Assembly (NCBI GenBank): GCA_964651725.1
Contig: CAZYYH010000001.1
Span: 2,868-66,867 of the forward strand
Reading direction: 5' to 3'
DNA length: 64,000 nucleotides
Source: an uncultured Halobacteriales archaeon
GTDB taxonomy: Archaea > Halobacteriota > Halobacteria > Halobacteriales > Halobacteriaceae
In this document: in pieces, positions 27,362 to 37,027 of the stretch
Position numbering within the stretch: position 1 is the first letter of the stretch
How the letters are laid out: each line of letters starts with the position of its first letter
The notes under the pieces: generated by a model
Told to the model about the DNA's origin: nothing
What the model saw: the letters and a program-made list of their open reading frames with translations, nothing else
Database searches by the model: none
Position numbers and translations under genes: made by a program

Positions 27362-27873
27362 GTGGCGTTGGCCCGTGGGGTGCGCCGCCGGACGAGGACA
27401 CCCCGGAGACAATCGACGAGAACACGCCCGACACGAGCGGCGGCGGCCCGCTCGTTCCCGCGTGGGTGTGGAACCCCGCGGCGACGATCCGCGGCGTGAT
27501 CTTCCGCCCGATCGTCGAGGGCATCCTCGGGATCGCGCTGACTCTGATCGGGCTGATCATGACGCTGTTCCGCGGGAGCGAACCGGGGTTCAGCCGCGAC
27601 GAACAGGTGTGGGGGCTCGCCGATATCCCGGGAATGGCCGTCGACTTCGGCCTCGACGTCACGACGTGGACGATCACGACGCTGTTCGACGTGCTGATCG
27701 ACGTGAACCGCTCGCTCGTGCCGGCCGCACCCAGTATCATCGATGTCGCCGTGATCTACGTGCTCGTGATCCTGGAGCTCGTGATCCTCGGCGAGCTCGC
27801 GATCCGACTGTTCCGCGCGGTGCTCGACGCGATTCCGGTCGCGTCGGGCGTCGAAACGTTCCTCTGGAAATGA
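27358..27873 (+). CDS. membrane protein
   Basis: The ATG at 27358 overlaps the previous stop (ATGA). 171 aa with several TM helices. Confidence 0.65.
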   Translation: MSGVGPWGAPPDEDTPETIDENTPDTSGGGPLVPAWVWNPAATIRGVIFRPIVEGILGIALTLIGLIMTLFRGSEPGFSRDEQVWGLADIPGMAVDFGLDVTTWTITTLFDVLIDVNRSLVPAAPSIIDVAVIYVLVILELVILGELAIRLFRAVLDAIPVASGVETFLWK

Positions 27874-27875
27874 CA

Positions 27876-28172
27876 ATGCCAGGAAAACTCCGCGAGGCGC
27901 TCGCACATCCGGTTGCGGCAGCGACGACGGCGGCCGGCGCGCTCGCCGGGCTGTTCAACTGGGGGACGGTCGAGGCGCTGCTGACCGTCTTCTGGCTGAA
28001 CGCCGGCAACCTGCTGACGATCGGCACGATCATGGGGTTCACGCTCCCGCGCGTGTTCCCCGAGTTCGCCGGCCTCAAGCAGTACGCGCTCCCGGTCGTC
28101 GCGTTCGCCGCGATCCTCGTCGTGCTCCGCCTTGCCTACGCGACCTACAAGGACACTGACAACCGACTATGA
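27876..28172 (+). CDS. small membrane protein
   Basis: ATG at 27876 (MPGKLREALAHP...). 98 aa with 3 hydrophobic helices. Confidence 0.6.
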   Translation: MPGKLREALAHPVAAATTAAGALAGLFNWGTVEALLTVFWLNAGNLLTIGTIMGFTLPRVFPEFAGLKQYALPVVAFAAILVVLRLAYATYKDTDNRL

Positions 28173-28230
28173 GACACACAGACCACGGAACGACACGGAA
28201 CCGCACGCAGAGCAACCGAGGTGAGCAGCT

Positions 28231-28659
28231 GTGAACGCGGTCGGCGCGTTCCTCGTCGACAACTGGCTATGGCTGCTCGGCAGCGTGCTCACCGCGCTGA
28301 TCGTGTACTGGTGGTGGGACGAACGCCAGGACGCCCGCACGCCCGGCGAGACCGTCGACCGCGTCACCGATCGGGTCGAGGCCGCGACCGGCGGCGCGGC
28401 GGACGGCTTCACGTCGCTCGTTATTGGGCTCGTCTCGATCGGCTCGACGCTCGCCGTCGAGTTCCTCGGCATGGCCGGGGAGCTGAACGAGGCGCTCGGC
28501 GGCGTGCCGTTCGTGATCGGCTATCTGCTGTTCGGCGCGCTCTCGCTCGTGGGGATCCAGCTCGACGTCGAGCCGACGACGCTCGGCTTCGCGTTCCTGC
28601 TGATCCTCGTGATCGCGGCCATGGCGCGCTTCGGCACGGGCGACGGGAGGACCGCATGA
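28231..28659 (+). CDS. membrane protein
   Basis: 142 aa from a GTG start, with about 4 TM helices. Confidence 0.6.
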   Translation: MNAVGAFLVDNWLWLLGSVLTALIVYWWWDERQDARTPGETVDRVTDRVEAATGGAADGFTSLVIGLVSIGSTLAVEFLGMAGELNEALGGVPFVIGYLLFGALSLVGIQLDVEPTTLGFAFLLILVIAAMARFGTGDGRTA

Positions 28660-28919
28660 CCGGCGGCGTCGACGCGCTCCTGGAGCGCCTCGCGGTCGAC
28701 GAGCGCGTGGTCGCGTTCGCGGCCCGGTTCGTGCTGGCCGTCATGAACGGCGCGATCGGCGCGCTCATACTGCTCGCGATCGCGACCGCGCCGATCCCGG
28801 CGGACGCGCTGGTGATCGCCGTCGTGCTGGCCGCGCTGCTCGTGGTGACGGCGATCGTGTTCGCGTTCGACGCGCGGGCGGTCTACTGCGGCGAGGCGGC
28901 CGCGGAGGTGACGGCGTAG
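28656..28919 (+). CDS. small membrane protein
   Basis: The ATG at 28656 overlaps the previous stop (ATGA). 87 aa with 2-3 TM helices. Confidence 0.6.
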   Translation: MTGGVDALLERLAVDERVVAFAARFVLAVMNGAIGALILLAIATAPIPADALVIAVVLAALLVVTAIVFAFDARAVYCGEAAAEVTA

Positions 28920-30989
28920 ATGCGTCGGCGTCCGCGTCTCGCGCTCGTCGTGGCGCTGGTGCTCGTCGCCAGCCTCGCGCCGACGATCGGCGTCGGGGCG
29001 GCCAGCGGCGAGGACGTCTCGAAGGCGGACGTCATGGCGATCGTCGACCGGGGCGCGGACGTCTCGGCGCAAGAAGCCGCGACCGTCTACGACTACGTCG
29101 AGACACACGACCTCGGCAACCTCACGGACGGCGAGGCGCGCGCGCTCTATCGGTGGACGCTCGAACGCGCGGCGACCGAGCGGATCCCCGAGCCGGTGAT
29201 CGACCGCGTCACCGCGCGGGTGGAGCCGGCGGCGGCCGAGCGGATCGCGACGGACGTCACGAGCGACCTCGACAGCGAGCGGGCGCACCGCGTGCTCGCG
29301 GCGGTCGAGGAGAGCGGCGCGGCATGGACAAGTGAGATCGAGGCGTCGATCGAGGACGCGCCGACGGTCGTCGAGGTCGAGGCCGCGAACACGACGCCGA
29401 CCCACGAGCCCGGTGAGTGGACGCTCGACGAGCTCCGCACGGACGGCACGCACTACGAGGGGGCGCCGCCGTCGATGCGGTGGCTCGGCTCGTACGGCTC
29501 GGTGACGGTGCGGCATACGCCGGTGACGCCCGGGAATCAGGGCTGGCAGTACCTCGATACGAGTAAGACGCTGAACGGCGACGAGATCACGCTCCGCTCG
29601 GTGCGGCTCGCGCCGAGCGACGAGCTCGACACCACGCTGAACGTGACCGTGATCGCGGCGGACCCGGAGACCAAGCCCGTCACGGTGGGGAACACGACGC
29701 GACAGGAGCCGGTCGCGACGAACGTCACGGTGACGACCCACCAGATCGAGCTCGGGCGCGGCTACGACAATGCGACGATCCCGCTCCCGTCGCACTTCGA
29801 CGAGGAGCACCGCGTGCTCGTGGTCGTCGAGGAGTACCCGGACGCGCGGTGGTCGTTCACGCACAAGACGATCGAGAGCCAGCAGGCGCCGCCGTTCCCG
29901 TACTCGTGGAGTGGCTACTGGAGCTACACCACGAAAACAATCCTCGTCGAGATCCTCGTCGCGGTCGGGCTCGTCGCCATGGGCGTGCCCGCGAGCCTCC
30001 GGCGCACCGGGCGCGGCCCGAACAAGGGGCTGCTGTTCTGGTCGATCATGCTCGCGATCGGCGCGGCGATCCTCGTCGGCGGCGCCTACCTGTTCACGAC
30101 GAAACTGCTGACGACGGTGCCGTACCTCGTGGTGCCGTTCGTGATCGCCGGGATCGTCGGGATCGTGATGCTGGAGACTATGGAGTACGGCGTCTACCGC
30201 GTCGTGTTCCTCCGGCTGTTCACCGACGAGGGCCAGAACCCGCGGGGTGAGCTGGCCGCGCAGGCGAACGGCGCGGAGTTCGCGGCGGTGACGCTCGCGC
30301 ACACCGACAACGGGCCGGTGGCGATCACCGACGGGCTCCGGCCGTGGCTCGCCCGGCTCTGGTGTGGCGGCGCGGCTGTCCACGGCCTCGACGAGCTCGA
30401 TAACGAGTTCAGTTTGTCGGCGCCGCGGCTCTCGATCGTGCGCGGCACGGCGGATAAGCTGATCTTCGTGGACGACGAGGCTGACGCGCTCCTGGAGTAC
30501 GAGCGCGAGCACCTCTCGTTCGAGCTCCCGCTGACCGAGCAGCTCGGCGAGGACGAACACCGCTTCAACTGGGCGGGCGCCGCGTCGATCGCGTTCTATG
30601 GCGGCCTCGGCGCCGCACTCGGCTACCTCGGTCTCCAGGCGCTCGACGTCACCTCGACGGCGGGCGCGGTCGTGACGGCGGCGCTCGCCGTCGGCGTGGT
30701 GTTCACGCACGCCCGGGACGGCCGGCTGTCGTTCCGGCCGGGCGTCGGCCACCAGCAGGACGCCGCGGCAACCGCCATGTACTACGAGAGCGAGCTCGAC
30801 GAGTACCGCTCGCTCGAAACCGTGCTGAACGAGCTGCTCAAAGAGCGCGCGAGCGAGGACGAGCTGGTCGAGAAGCTCGACGAGCTCGACGAGGAGAACA
30901 TCATCAAGCAGGCGCACGACGGCGACGTCTCGCCGGACACGTTCGCGGATCGCGCGCCCGAAGGCGAGCCCGCGGGAGGTGACGACTAA
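28920..30989 (+). CDS. large signal-peptide-bearing polytopic membrane protein
   Basis: 689 aa. The signal peptide is MRRRPRLALVVALVLVASLAPTIGVGAASG. A ~330-aa ectodomain is followed by at least 5 TM helices and an acidic coiled C-terminus. Confidence 0.8.
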   Translation: MRRRPRLALVVALVLVASLAPTIGVGAASGEDVSKADVMAIVDRGADVSAQEAATVYDYVETHDLGNLTDGEARALYRWTLERAATERIPEPVIDRVTARVEPAAAERIATDVTSDLDSERAHRVLAAVEESGAAWTSEIEASIEDAPTVVEVEAANTTPTHEPGEWTLDELRTDGTHYEGAPPSMRWLGSYGSVTVRHTPVTPGNQGWQYLDTSKTLNGDEITLRSVRLAPSDELDTTLNVTVIAADPETKPVTVGNTTRQEPVATNVTVTTHQIELGRGYDNATIPLPSHFDEEHRVLVVVEEYPDARWSFTHKTIESQQAPPFPYSWSGYWSYTTKTILVEILVAVGLVAMGVPASLRRTGRGPNKGLLFWSIMLAIGAAILVGGAYLFTTKLLTTVPYLVVPFVIAGIVGIVMLETMEYGVYRVVFLRLFTDEGQNPRGELAAQANGAEFAAVTLAHTDNGPVAITDGLRPWLARLWCGGAAVHGLDELDNEFSLSAPRLSIVRGTADKLIFVDDEADALLEYEREHLSFELPLTEQLGEDEHRFNWAGAASIAFYGGLGAALGYLGLQALDVTSTAGAVVTAALAVGVVFTHARDGRLSFRPGVGHQQDAAATAMYYESELDEYRSLETVLNELLKERASEDELVEKLDELDEENIIKQAHDGDVSPDTFADRAPEGEPAGGDD

Positions 30990-31825
30990 TGTCGAGCGAG
31001 CACGCGCCGGCTGACGCCGAGAGCGGCGAGTCGGTGCTCCCGACGTTCGAGCCGCCCGACGACACGAGCGAGGAGATCGCGGCCGTGCGGCCCGCGCTCC
31101 GCAACCTGAACCTGGAACAAGAGCGCGCGCTCCGCGCGTTCCGCGACGACGGCGTCGAGACGCGCGGGGCGCTGCTCGCGTGGCTCCTGCGGCTCCAGTA
31201 CCGCACGCTCGGCCGGATCCCCGACTACTGGTACTACCACATCGCGACCCGGCCGTCGGCGCTCGCGGTCGTGCTCACCGGCGAGACGCGCGGCCAGTAC
31301 GGCGCGCGCGACGGCACGCAGATCACGCCCGCCGAAGCGTGGAGCTACCGGCGGCGGCTCGTCGCGACCTATCTCCGCCCGGCGTGCCGGGACGCGCTCC
31401 GGGAGCTCCGCACCAAGGCCGTCGAGTACAACGACGCCGACGACGAGCTCGACCCGGAGCGCATGGCGGCGCTCGCCATGCGGCCCGCGCTCGACGAGTA
31501 CTACAAGCGCCAGCGCGAGGCACTCTCGGAGTGGCTCGCCGGGTTCGAGAGCGTGGAGGCGCTCGACGGGTTCTGCCACGATCTCGATTACGACACGTTC
31601 GGCGCGATCAAAGAGGTCGCGCCGCGGTTCGACTACGAGCTCCTCGACGACCCGGTCGCAACCCGTGCGCTCACCGTCGACGAGCCGCACTACGAGCAGG
31701 CGCGCGAACGGATCGCCGCCCGGTATCTGCTCCCCGCGTTCAACGTCTCGGTTCGGACGCTGGCGGAGAAGGCCGGTGAGACGGACGATACGACGACGGA
31801 CGCCACGGGAGGCGTCGACGTATGA
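30989..31825 (+). CDS. hypothetical soluble acidic protein
   Basis: 278 aa. The start overlaps the previous stop (TAATG). Confidence 0.7.
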   Translation: MSSEHAPADAESGESVLPTFEPPDDTSEEIAAVRPALRNLNLEQERALRAFRDDGVETRGALLAWLLRLQYRTLGRIPDYWYYHIATRPSALAVVLTGETRGQYGARDGTQITPAEAWSYRRRLVATYLRPACRDALRELRTKAVEYNDADDELDPERMAALAMRPALDEYYKRQREALSEWLAGFESVEALDGFCHDLDYDTFGAIKEVAPRFDYELLDDPVATRALTVDEPHYEQARERIAARYLLPAFNVSVRTLAEKAGETDDTTTDATGGVDV

Positions 31826-33147
31826 GCAAGGCCCAAACTCCGACACAGATCACACCGCAGGAGGTGGTAGAGGCGTTCAAACCAGAGACACGCACGCGAC
31901 AAGCGAAAGGCGTCAGCTACGGCTGGCGCGACGCGCGCTCGATCCGCGAGGAGCACCGACTCAAACCGTTCTGGCGACAGCTGTATCAGTCGAAGGCCGG
32001 CGAGGCGATCGACGCGACCGCCGACGCGGTACAGTATCCCGGCGTGGTGGCGGACTGCCTGATCCACCTCCGCCGGGACGAGCGCGAGCTGCTCAAGCAG
32101 GACGAGCCCGATCTCGCCGACTACCCGGAGGATCGCCGCAAGGTCCTGGAGTGGCTCGCGGTCGACGAGGGTATGTCGAACCGGGGGCCGGCGCTCGATC
32201 ACATGAAGATCGGCGGCACCGACTTCCTCGGCACCGGCCAGCCCGGCTCGGGGAAGTCGACGCTCGCGAACGACCTCGCCCGCGAGATCCTGGAGATCAA
32301 CCCCATGGAGGCGGTCGCGTGGCGCGGGACGCCGAACCGCGCGGAGTGGACGCCGCTCGCGAAGTGGACGAAACTCCTGCTCCCTGCGGGCGTGGAGGCG
32401 CGCGTCACCGTACAGCCGCCACACCACGGCGCCGAGCCGTTCGAGCTCGCCGTCGACGAGGTCGCGCGCTCGGTGGAGCGCTACACGGACATCTTCGACC
32501 TGTTCGAGCGCTTCGAGCCCGGCCAGTTCCACGTGGTCTACCCGGACCCGGAGTTCAAGGGGCTCGACGACTTGTTCTACAAGTCGCCGCGGACGCCCAA
32601 CTTCCGGTTTCTGTCGCCGCTGTCGGGCGGCCTCGGCGACGTCGACGCGGCACCGGAGCCGACGCCACTCAACCACTGGTGGTTCGGGTTCGTGATCGGC
32701 ATGGTGGACGTCATGGGGCCGGAGTGGCTCTCGGCGTTCATCGACGAGATCGGCGATCTGCTCCCGCAGTCCGCCCGGTCGGGCGAGGCGAACCACTACT
32801 GGTACGAGTTGATCGAGGCGTTCCGCGACGCGCTCGTCGACGCCCGGAAGAACAACAAGTCGCTCTACATGTTCGGCCACAACGAGGCGGACTCGCACGC
32901 GCTCGTCCGGCGTAAGCTCCGGTGGCGGCTCACCATGCCGGGCTGGCCCAACCCGACGGAGGGCGACAGCGTGGTCGGCTTCGGCACCGCGCCGATGATC
33001 GAGCAGCACACGAAGTTCATGACGGTGGGAGAGGGCCTCTGGTGGAACGCGCTGAACTTCAGCGAGTTCCGCTGGAAGGACGTGCCGAAACCGACGTCGG
33101 CGAAGATCTCTGTGAACTTCCCGCAGCTCGGAGGTGCGTCGGCGTGA
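31822..33147 (+). CDS. P-loop NTPase
   Basis: 441 aa. Walker A is GTGQPGSGKST and the Walker B-like stretch is LSAFIDEIGD. The start overlaps the previous stop (ATGA). Confidence 0.85.
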   Translation: MSKAQTPTQITPQEVVEAFKPETRTRQAKGVSYGWRDARSIREEHRLKPFWRQLYQSKAGEAIDATADAVQYPGVVADCLIHLRRDERELLKQDEPDLADYPEDRRKVLEWLAVDEGMSNRGPALDHMKIGGTDFLGTGQPGSGKSTLANDLAREILEINPMEAVAWRGTPNRAEWTPLAKWTKLLLPAGVEARVTVQPPHHGAEPFELAVDEVARSVERYTDIFDLFERFEPGQFHVVYPDPEFKGLDDLFYKSPRTPNFRFLSPLSGGLGDVDAAPEPTPLNHWWFGFVIGMVDVMGPEWLSAFIDEIGDLLPQSARSGEANHYWYELIEAFRDALVDARKNNKSLYMFGHNEADSHALVRRKLRWRLTMPGWPNPTEGDSVVGFGTAPMIEQHTKFMTVGEGLWWNALNFSEFRWKDVPKPTSAKISVNFPQLGGASA

Positions 33148-33339
33148 TCGCGTCGATCTCGCCGCGCGACCGGTCGGCGCGAAATGCTGGAAATCTGACT
33201 CCAGATACGCGCGCGTGTATCGAATCGAACAGGACAACCCCCCCTGCGGGTGCGCACGCGGTTGCTGTCGGTCGCGAGCGCTCGCTCGCTCGCCGCCAGC
33301 CGCGGGCGCTGGTGAGCGGCTTAAAGGGGGTGCGGGCTC

Positions 33340-36300
33340 GTGCGTAGCCGTGGCCTCGCACGCGGGGCGCGAGCGGTCGCGCTCGTCGTGCTCGTGGTGA
33401 CGGCCGCGCTCGCCGGCGTGATCGCGCCGGCGGCGGCGACGCCCGGCGGCTCGTCGAGCAGCGACGGGAGCGGTGGCTCGCCGCCGGCCGGCATGGTCGG
33501 CGTCTCGGACAAGAACGTGCGGACGGCGACTGATCCCGGTCAGTCGCTCCCGGTGCAAGCGAACGCGCTCCAGGGCGGCGCGGTCTACACCGAGAAGCAC
33601 GCGGGCACGCTGGAGGTGACGCTCACCACGGCCTCGCACGCCAGCGCGGTCATGGGGCCGAACGCGAAGGCGAACCCGAGCGCTCGGGCTGGTGCGGCGA
33701 GCTCGCCCGTACTGGTGCTCGCGGACGACACGAACCACGCGGGCCGACCCGTCGCGGTCGAGGCGAGCGTGCTCCGCGAGCTCTACGGCTACCTCCCCGA
33801 AATGGCGTACGGCGTCCACTCGTCAGGCGAGCCGTGGGAGCAGCCGATCAGCTACGACGACGGCTACGCGGTGTTCGAGGTGCCGCGGTTCTCGTCGAAC
33901 ACGATCGCGTTCGAGGGCGAGTTCGAGTATCGGGCGAGCCCGGCGACCGACGGCTCGTCAGTCCAGTACGGCCTCCAGGACGTCGACGCCGCGGATAACT
34001 TCTCGATCGACCTCACGGGCCATATCGCCTCGGAGACCGACACGGTGACCGCGTCGAGTGTCGGCGACGGCGGCACGGTCGGGCTCGACGTGGCGGGGAA
34101 CCTCGATCCGACGAACGCCAGCGTGGCGTTCACGGGCCACCGGACGGAGACGGCGCGCACCGAGACCGGCTCGACCGGACTCGGCGGGGCATCGGCCTCG
34201 ATCTCCATCACGGGCAACCGCGACCCGCTCGGACCCGGCGGCTCGGGCGACCCCGAACTCACGCTCACCGGGAACTACGACGAGCAATCAAACTCCAATG
34301 GCGGCGGGTTACCCGTGACCCGTACTTACTCGGGGATGACCGGGGAACTGGGGACGGTGAGCGTCACCGTAGCGATTCAAGTGGCTGATAGTTGTAGAAG
34401 TTACAACTTCGACGTGTACGTGAACGGCTCCTGGCACAACAACGTCGGGGGCGCAAGCCACTGTAAAAACTGGGACACGGCGTCGAAAACAAGCACCGCT
34501 ACGATAAATGAGCCGACGAACGGCAACGACGTGGAGATTCGCGTCGAAACCAGCGACAACAACATCAATTACGAGTCGTCGTGGGTGCGGTATAACACGC
34601 CGCAGAACGTCGACGTGTCGACGGATACCGGGCAGAGCGTGACGTTCGGGGATTTCAACCCCGGCCAGTCAAAGATGATGACGGTCAACGCGGGGGCTGA
34701 CACGTCTACGCTCACGTTCTCGGGCACCGGGAAAAGTGCAGGATGGTCGTTCAACTACACCGACGTCGAACAGACGGACTCGCCCGGTCTCGATGTGGAC
34801 GGTGATGGCGTACCCGACGCGTCCGTGTCGGGGTATCTCGCCGATGGAGAGACGGTGACGCGCACCTTCTCGGGGCTCTCCCTGTCCGACGAGACAGGCA
34901 CGGTGTCGCTCGGCGGCGGCACCGTCGATGTCGAGGTGACGTACGACGAGCGGACGCAAACCGAGGACGCGGGCATCGAGGTGAACGGCCAGTGGACTAA
35001 CCACTCGGGGGTACTCGCCGACGGGTCGACGACGACGCTCGCGGGGAACGAGTCGTGGCTCCAGGCGGGCACGAACCGCGTGAACGTCTCGGTGGGTGGC
35101 GGGTCGCTCTCCGCGGACGCGCCGACGCCCGCGGTCGAGCTCGTCTACTCGCACACGGCGACGAACCGCAAGTCGGTGGCGTACGCCGCCGAGGAGTGGA
35201 CGGATCGCTACAACGTCTCGGAGCAGTATCAGTCCGAGCGTGTCGCCGCGTCGATGGAGATCCCGTTCGAGCACAACGTGGTGCAGCTCCGCGATCTGGC
35301 GGTGCGGATCAACGAGTCGGGCGGCTGGAGCACGATCGCGAGCGCGAACTACGACCTGTCTGGGAACGACCTGACGGTCGATCTCGATGCGGTCTACGGC
35401 GGTACGATCCCCGCCGGCACCACGTTCGAGGTGCGCACCAACGGCTCGAAGGTCAAGACGCACAACATGACGCTGACCGTGGTGGAGGCGACGCCGTACG
35501 GCGAGACGCTCGACAGTAAGATCGAGTTCGACGCGGTCGGATCGAACGCGTACCTCGACGTCGGGCCAACCCGGAACGGCGATCGGCTCCACTACCTCTA
35601 CTCCGAGTCGTGGAGCTCGCCCGCGGAGTACGTGATCGTCACGGGCGGCGGCGAACAGCAGCTCTACGCGCCGGGCGCGTCGGCGGGCGCCGTGGCACGC
35701 GTCACGCACTTGGAGACGCAGGCGATCGTCGAGACGGGTGACGTCAAGATCCATGTTCAGCAGGGCGGGGAGAATCCGGAGCTCGACATTGATCCCGGCC
35801 CGGCGGGCGCCGGGGACGCGGTGACGTACAAGCACTACGCGACGACGTCGGGCGTCGAGTACATCCTCTACTCGCTGACGAACGGGATCCAGCACGCGAT
35901 CGCCGAGGCGCAGTCGCCAGTTGCGCTCGTCGACGACGACAGCGACGAGGATCTCGTGATCAAGACCGACGACGCGAACACGAGCTCGTCGGACGGCGGG
36001 AGCGACGACAGCGGGCCGATCCGCGACCGTATCCCCGGTCAGTTCCAGCAGGAGAGCGGCGGCGTGAACTGGCCGGTGCTCGCGGGGACGCTCGTCGTGG
36101 TGCTCGGCGGGCTCTACCTCGGCGGGCGTGCGCTCCGGTCGCGCGTCGGCTCCAGGAGCTCGGCGCGCTCGACCGCGTCGGGCCGGGGCGTGTCGAGTCG
36201 GCTGAACCGCGCGCTGCTCGGGTTCGTCCGTGGCGTCAGCACGGGCGCCGAGGCGCTCACCAAGCGCCCGAAGGTCGCGGCGGCGGTCGGCGTGCTCGCC

Positions 36301-36648
36301 GCGCTCGCGGCGGTGCTGACGGGCGCGCTCCCGTTGCCGGCTGGCACGGGCGTCGTGCTGCTCGTCACCGGCGTTCCCGTGGTGACGTACGTCGGGTTGC
36401 GGCGGCTCGACTCGTACTCGCCGCTGGTGTTCGGCACGGTGTCGCTGATCTCCGTGGTGCTCGGGCTCCAGTTGCTCGGCGGCGATCTCGTGGGGACGAT
36501 CTTCGGGAGCGAGCAGTTCCAGCAGTTCCTTCCGATCCTCGGCCTCGCGGCGCTCTACGTCGCGTACAAGGGCGTCCAGGCGGTGCGGGCGCCCGAGTCG
36601 ACGACCGAGCTCGTCGTTCAGGCGGCGCGCCGGGGAGGTGACTCGTGA
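33340..36648 (+). CDS. very large secreted surface protein with C-terminal multi-TM anchor
   Basis: 1102 aa from a GTG start. The signal peptide is ...AVALVVLVVTAALAGVIAPAAATPGG. The ectodomain is Thr/Ser/Asp/Gly-rich and the last ~200 aa contain about 5 TM helices. Confidence 0.85.
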   Translation: MRSRGLARGARAVALVVLVVTAALAGVIAPAAATPGGSSSSDGSGGSPPAGMVGVSDKNVRTATDPGQSLPVQANALQGGAVYTEKHAGTLEVTLTTASHASAVMGPNAKANPSARAGAASSPVLVLADDTNHAGRPVAVEASVLRELYGYLPEMAYGVHSSGEPWEQPISYDDGYAVFEVPRFSSNTIAFEGEFEYRASPATDGSSVQYGLQDVDAADNFSIDLTGHIASETDTVTASSVGDGGTVGLDVAGNLDPTNASVAFTGHRTETARTETGSTGLGGASASISITGNRDPLGPGGSGDPELTLTGNYDEQSNSNGGGLPVTRTYSGMTGELGTVSVTVAIQVADSCRSYNFDVYVNGSWHNNVGGASHCKNWDTASKTSTATINEPTNGNDVEIRVETSDNNINYESSWVRYNTPQNVDVSTDTGQSVTFGDFNPGQSKMMTVNAGADTSTLTFSGTGKSAGWSFNYTDVEQTDSPGLDVDGDGVPDASVSGYLADGETVTRTFSGLSLSDETGTVSLGGGTVDVEVTYDERTQTEDAGIEVNGQWTNHSGVLADGSTTTLAGNESWLQAGTNRVNVSVGGGSLSADAPTPAVELVYSHTATNRKSVAYAAEEWTDRYNVSEQYQSERVAASMEIPFEHNVVQLRDLAVRINESGGWSTIASANYDLSGNDLTVDLDAVYGGTIPAGTTFEVRTNGSKVKTHNMTLTVVEATPYGETLDSKIEFDAVGSNAYLDVGPTRNGDRLHYLYSESWSSPAEYVIVTGGGEQQLYAPGASAGAVARVTHLETQAIVETGDVKIHVQQGGENPELDIDPGPAGAGDAVTYKHYATTSGVEYILYSLTNGIQHAIAEAQSPVALVDDDSDEDLVIKTDDANTSSSDGGSDDSGPIRDRIPGQFQQESGGVNWPVLAGTLVVVLGGLYLGGRALRSRVGSRSSARSTASGRGVSSRLNRALLGFVRGVSTGAEALTKRPKVAAAVGVLAALAAVLTGALPLPAGTGVVLLVTGVPVVTYVGLRRLDSYSPLVFGTVSLISVVLGLQLLGGDLVGTIFGSEQFQQFLPILGLAALYVAYKGVQAVRAPESTTELVVQAARRGGDS

Positions 36649-36651
36649 CAC

Positions 36652-36957
36652 ATGCTCGAGCCGGCGCCACTCGTGCTGACGGACGTGCTGGCGTGGCTCG
36701 GCGTCCGGGGGTCGATCGTACTCGTCGCGTCGGCGATCGTCGCGGCGTACCACGGGCACTCACTGCTGGCGTTGTTCGCGACGCTCGGGGTCTACGCCCG
36801 GATTGCCGGGTTGTTCGTGCTGTTCGCCGTGGTGGCGTACGCGGGGTTGATTCCGGGCGTTCACGTCTCGATCGACGTGCCGACGCTCGCGGAGTTCCTC
36901 AGTCGGGTGTGGTCGTGGCTCCCGATTCCGGAGCCCGGAGGACAGCTTCCGTGGTGA
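36652..36957 (+). CDS. small membrane protein
   Basis: 101 aa with 3 TM helices. It is the last gene of the operon. Confidence 0.55.
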   Translation: MLEPAPLVLTDVLAWLGVRGSIVLVASAIVAAYHGHSLLALFATLGVYARIAGLFVLFAVVAYAGLIPGVHVSIDVPTLAEFLSRVWSWLPIPEPGGQLPW

Positions 36958-37001
36958 TTCAGGTGTGAGGGAAGTGCGGCCAGCGAATCGAGACGGGCGG
37001 C

Positions 37002-37027
37002 TGTGGCAGTCTCCCCATGATTCAGCA
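37002..37027 (-). repeat. imperfect palindrome, copy E (degenerate left half)
   Basis: The plus strand reads TGTGGCAG-TCTCCCCATG-ATTCAGCA, 45 bp after the end of the structural operon. Confidence 0.5.

Noticed and set aside
24640-36759. Very long minus-strand ORFs antisense to the structural operon (24640..26340, 26510..27412, 28521..30917, 31690..33819, 34669..36759).
   Set aside because: They are Arg/His/Pro/Gly-rich with no motifs. They lie opposite ORFs that have signal peptides, TM helices, Walker motifs and coupled starts and stops. Open antisense frames like these are typical of ~70% GC DNA.
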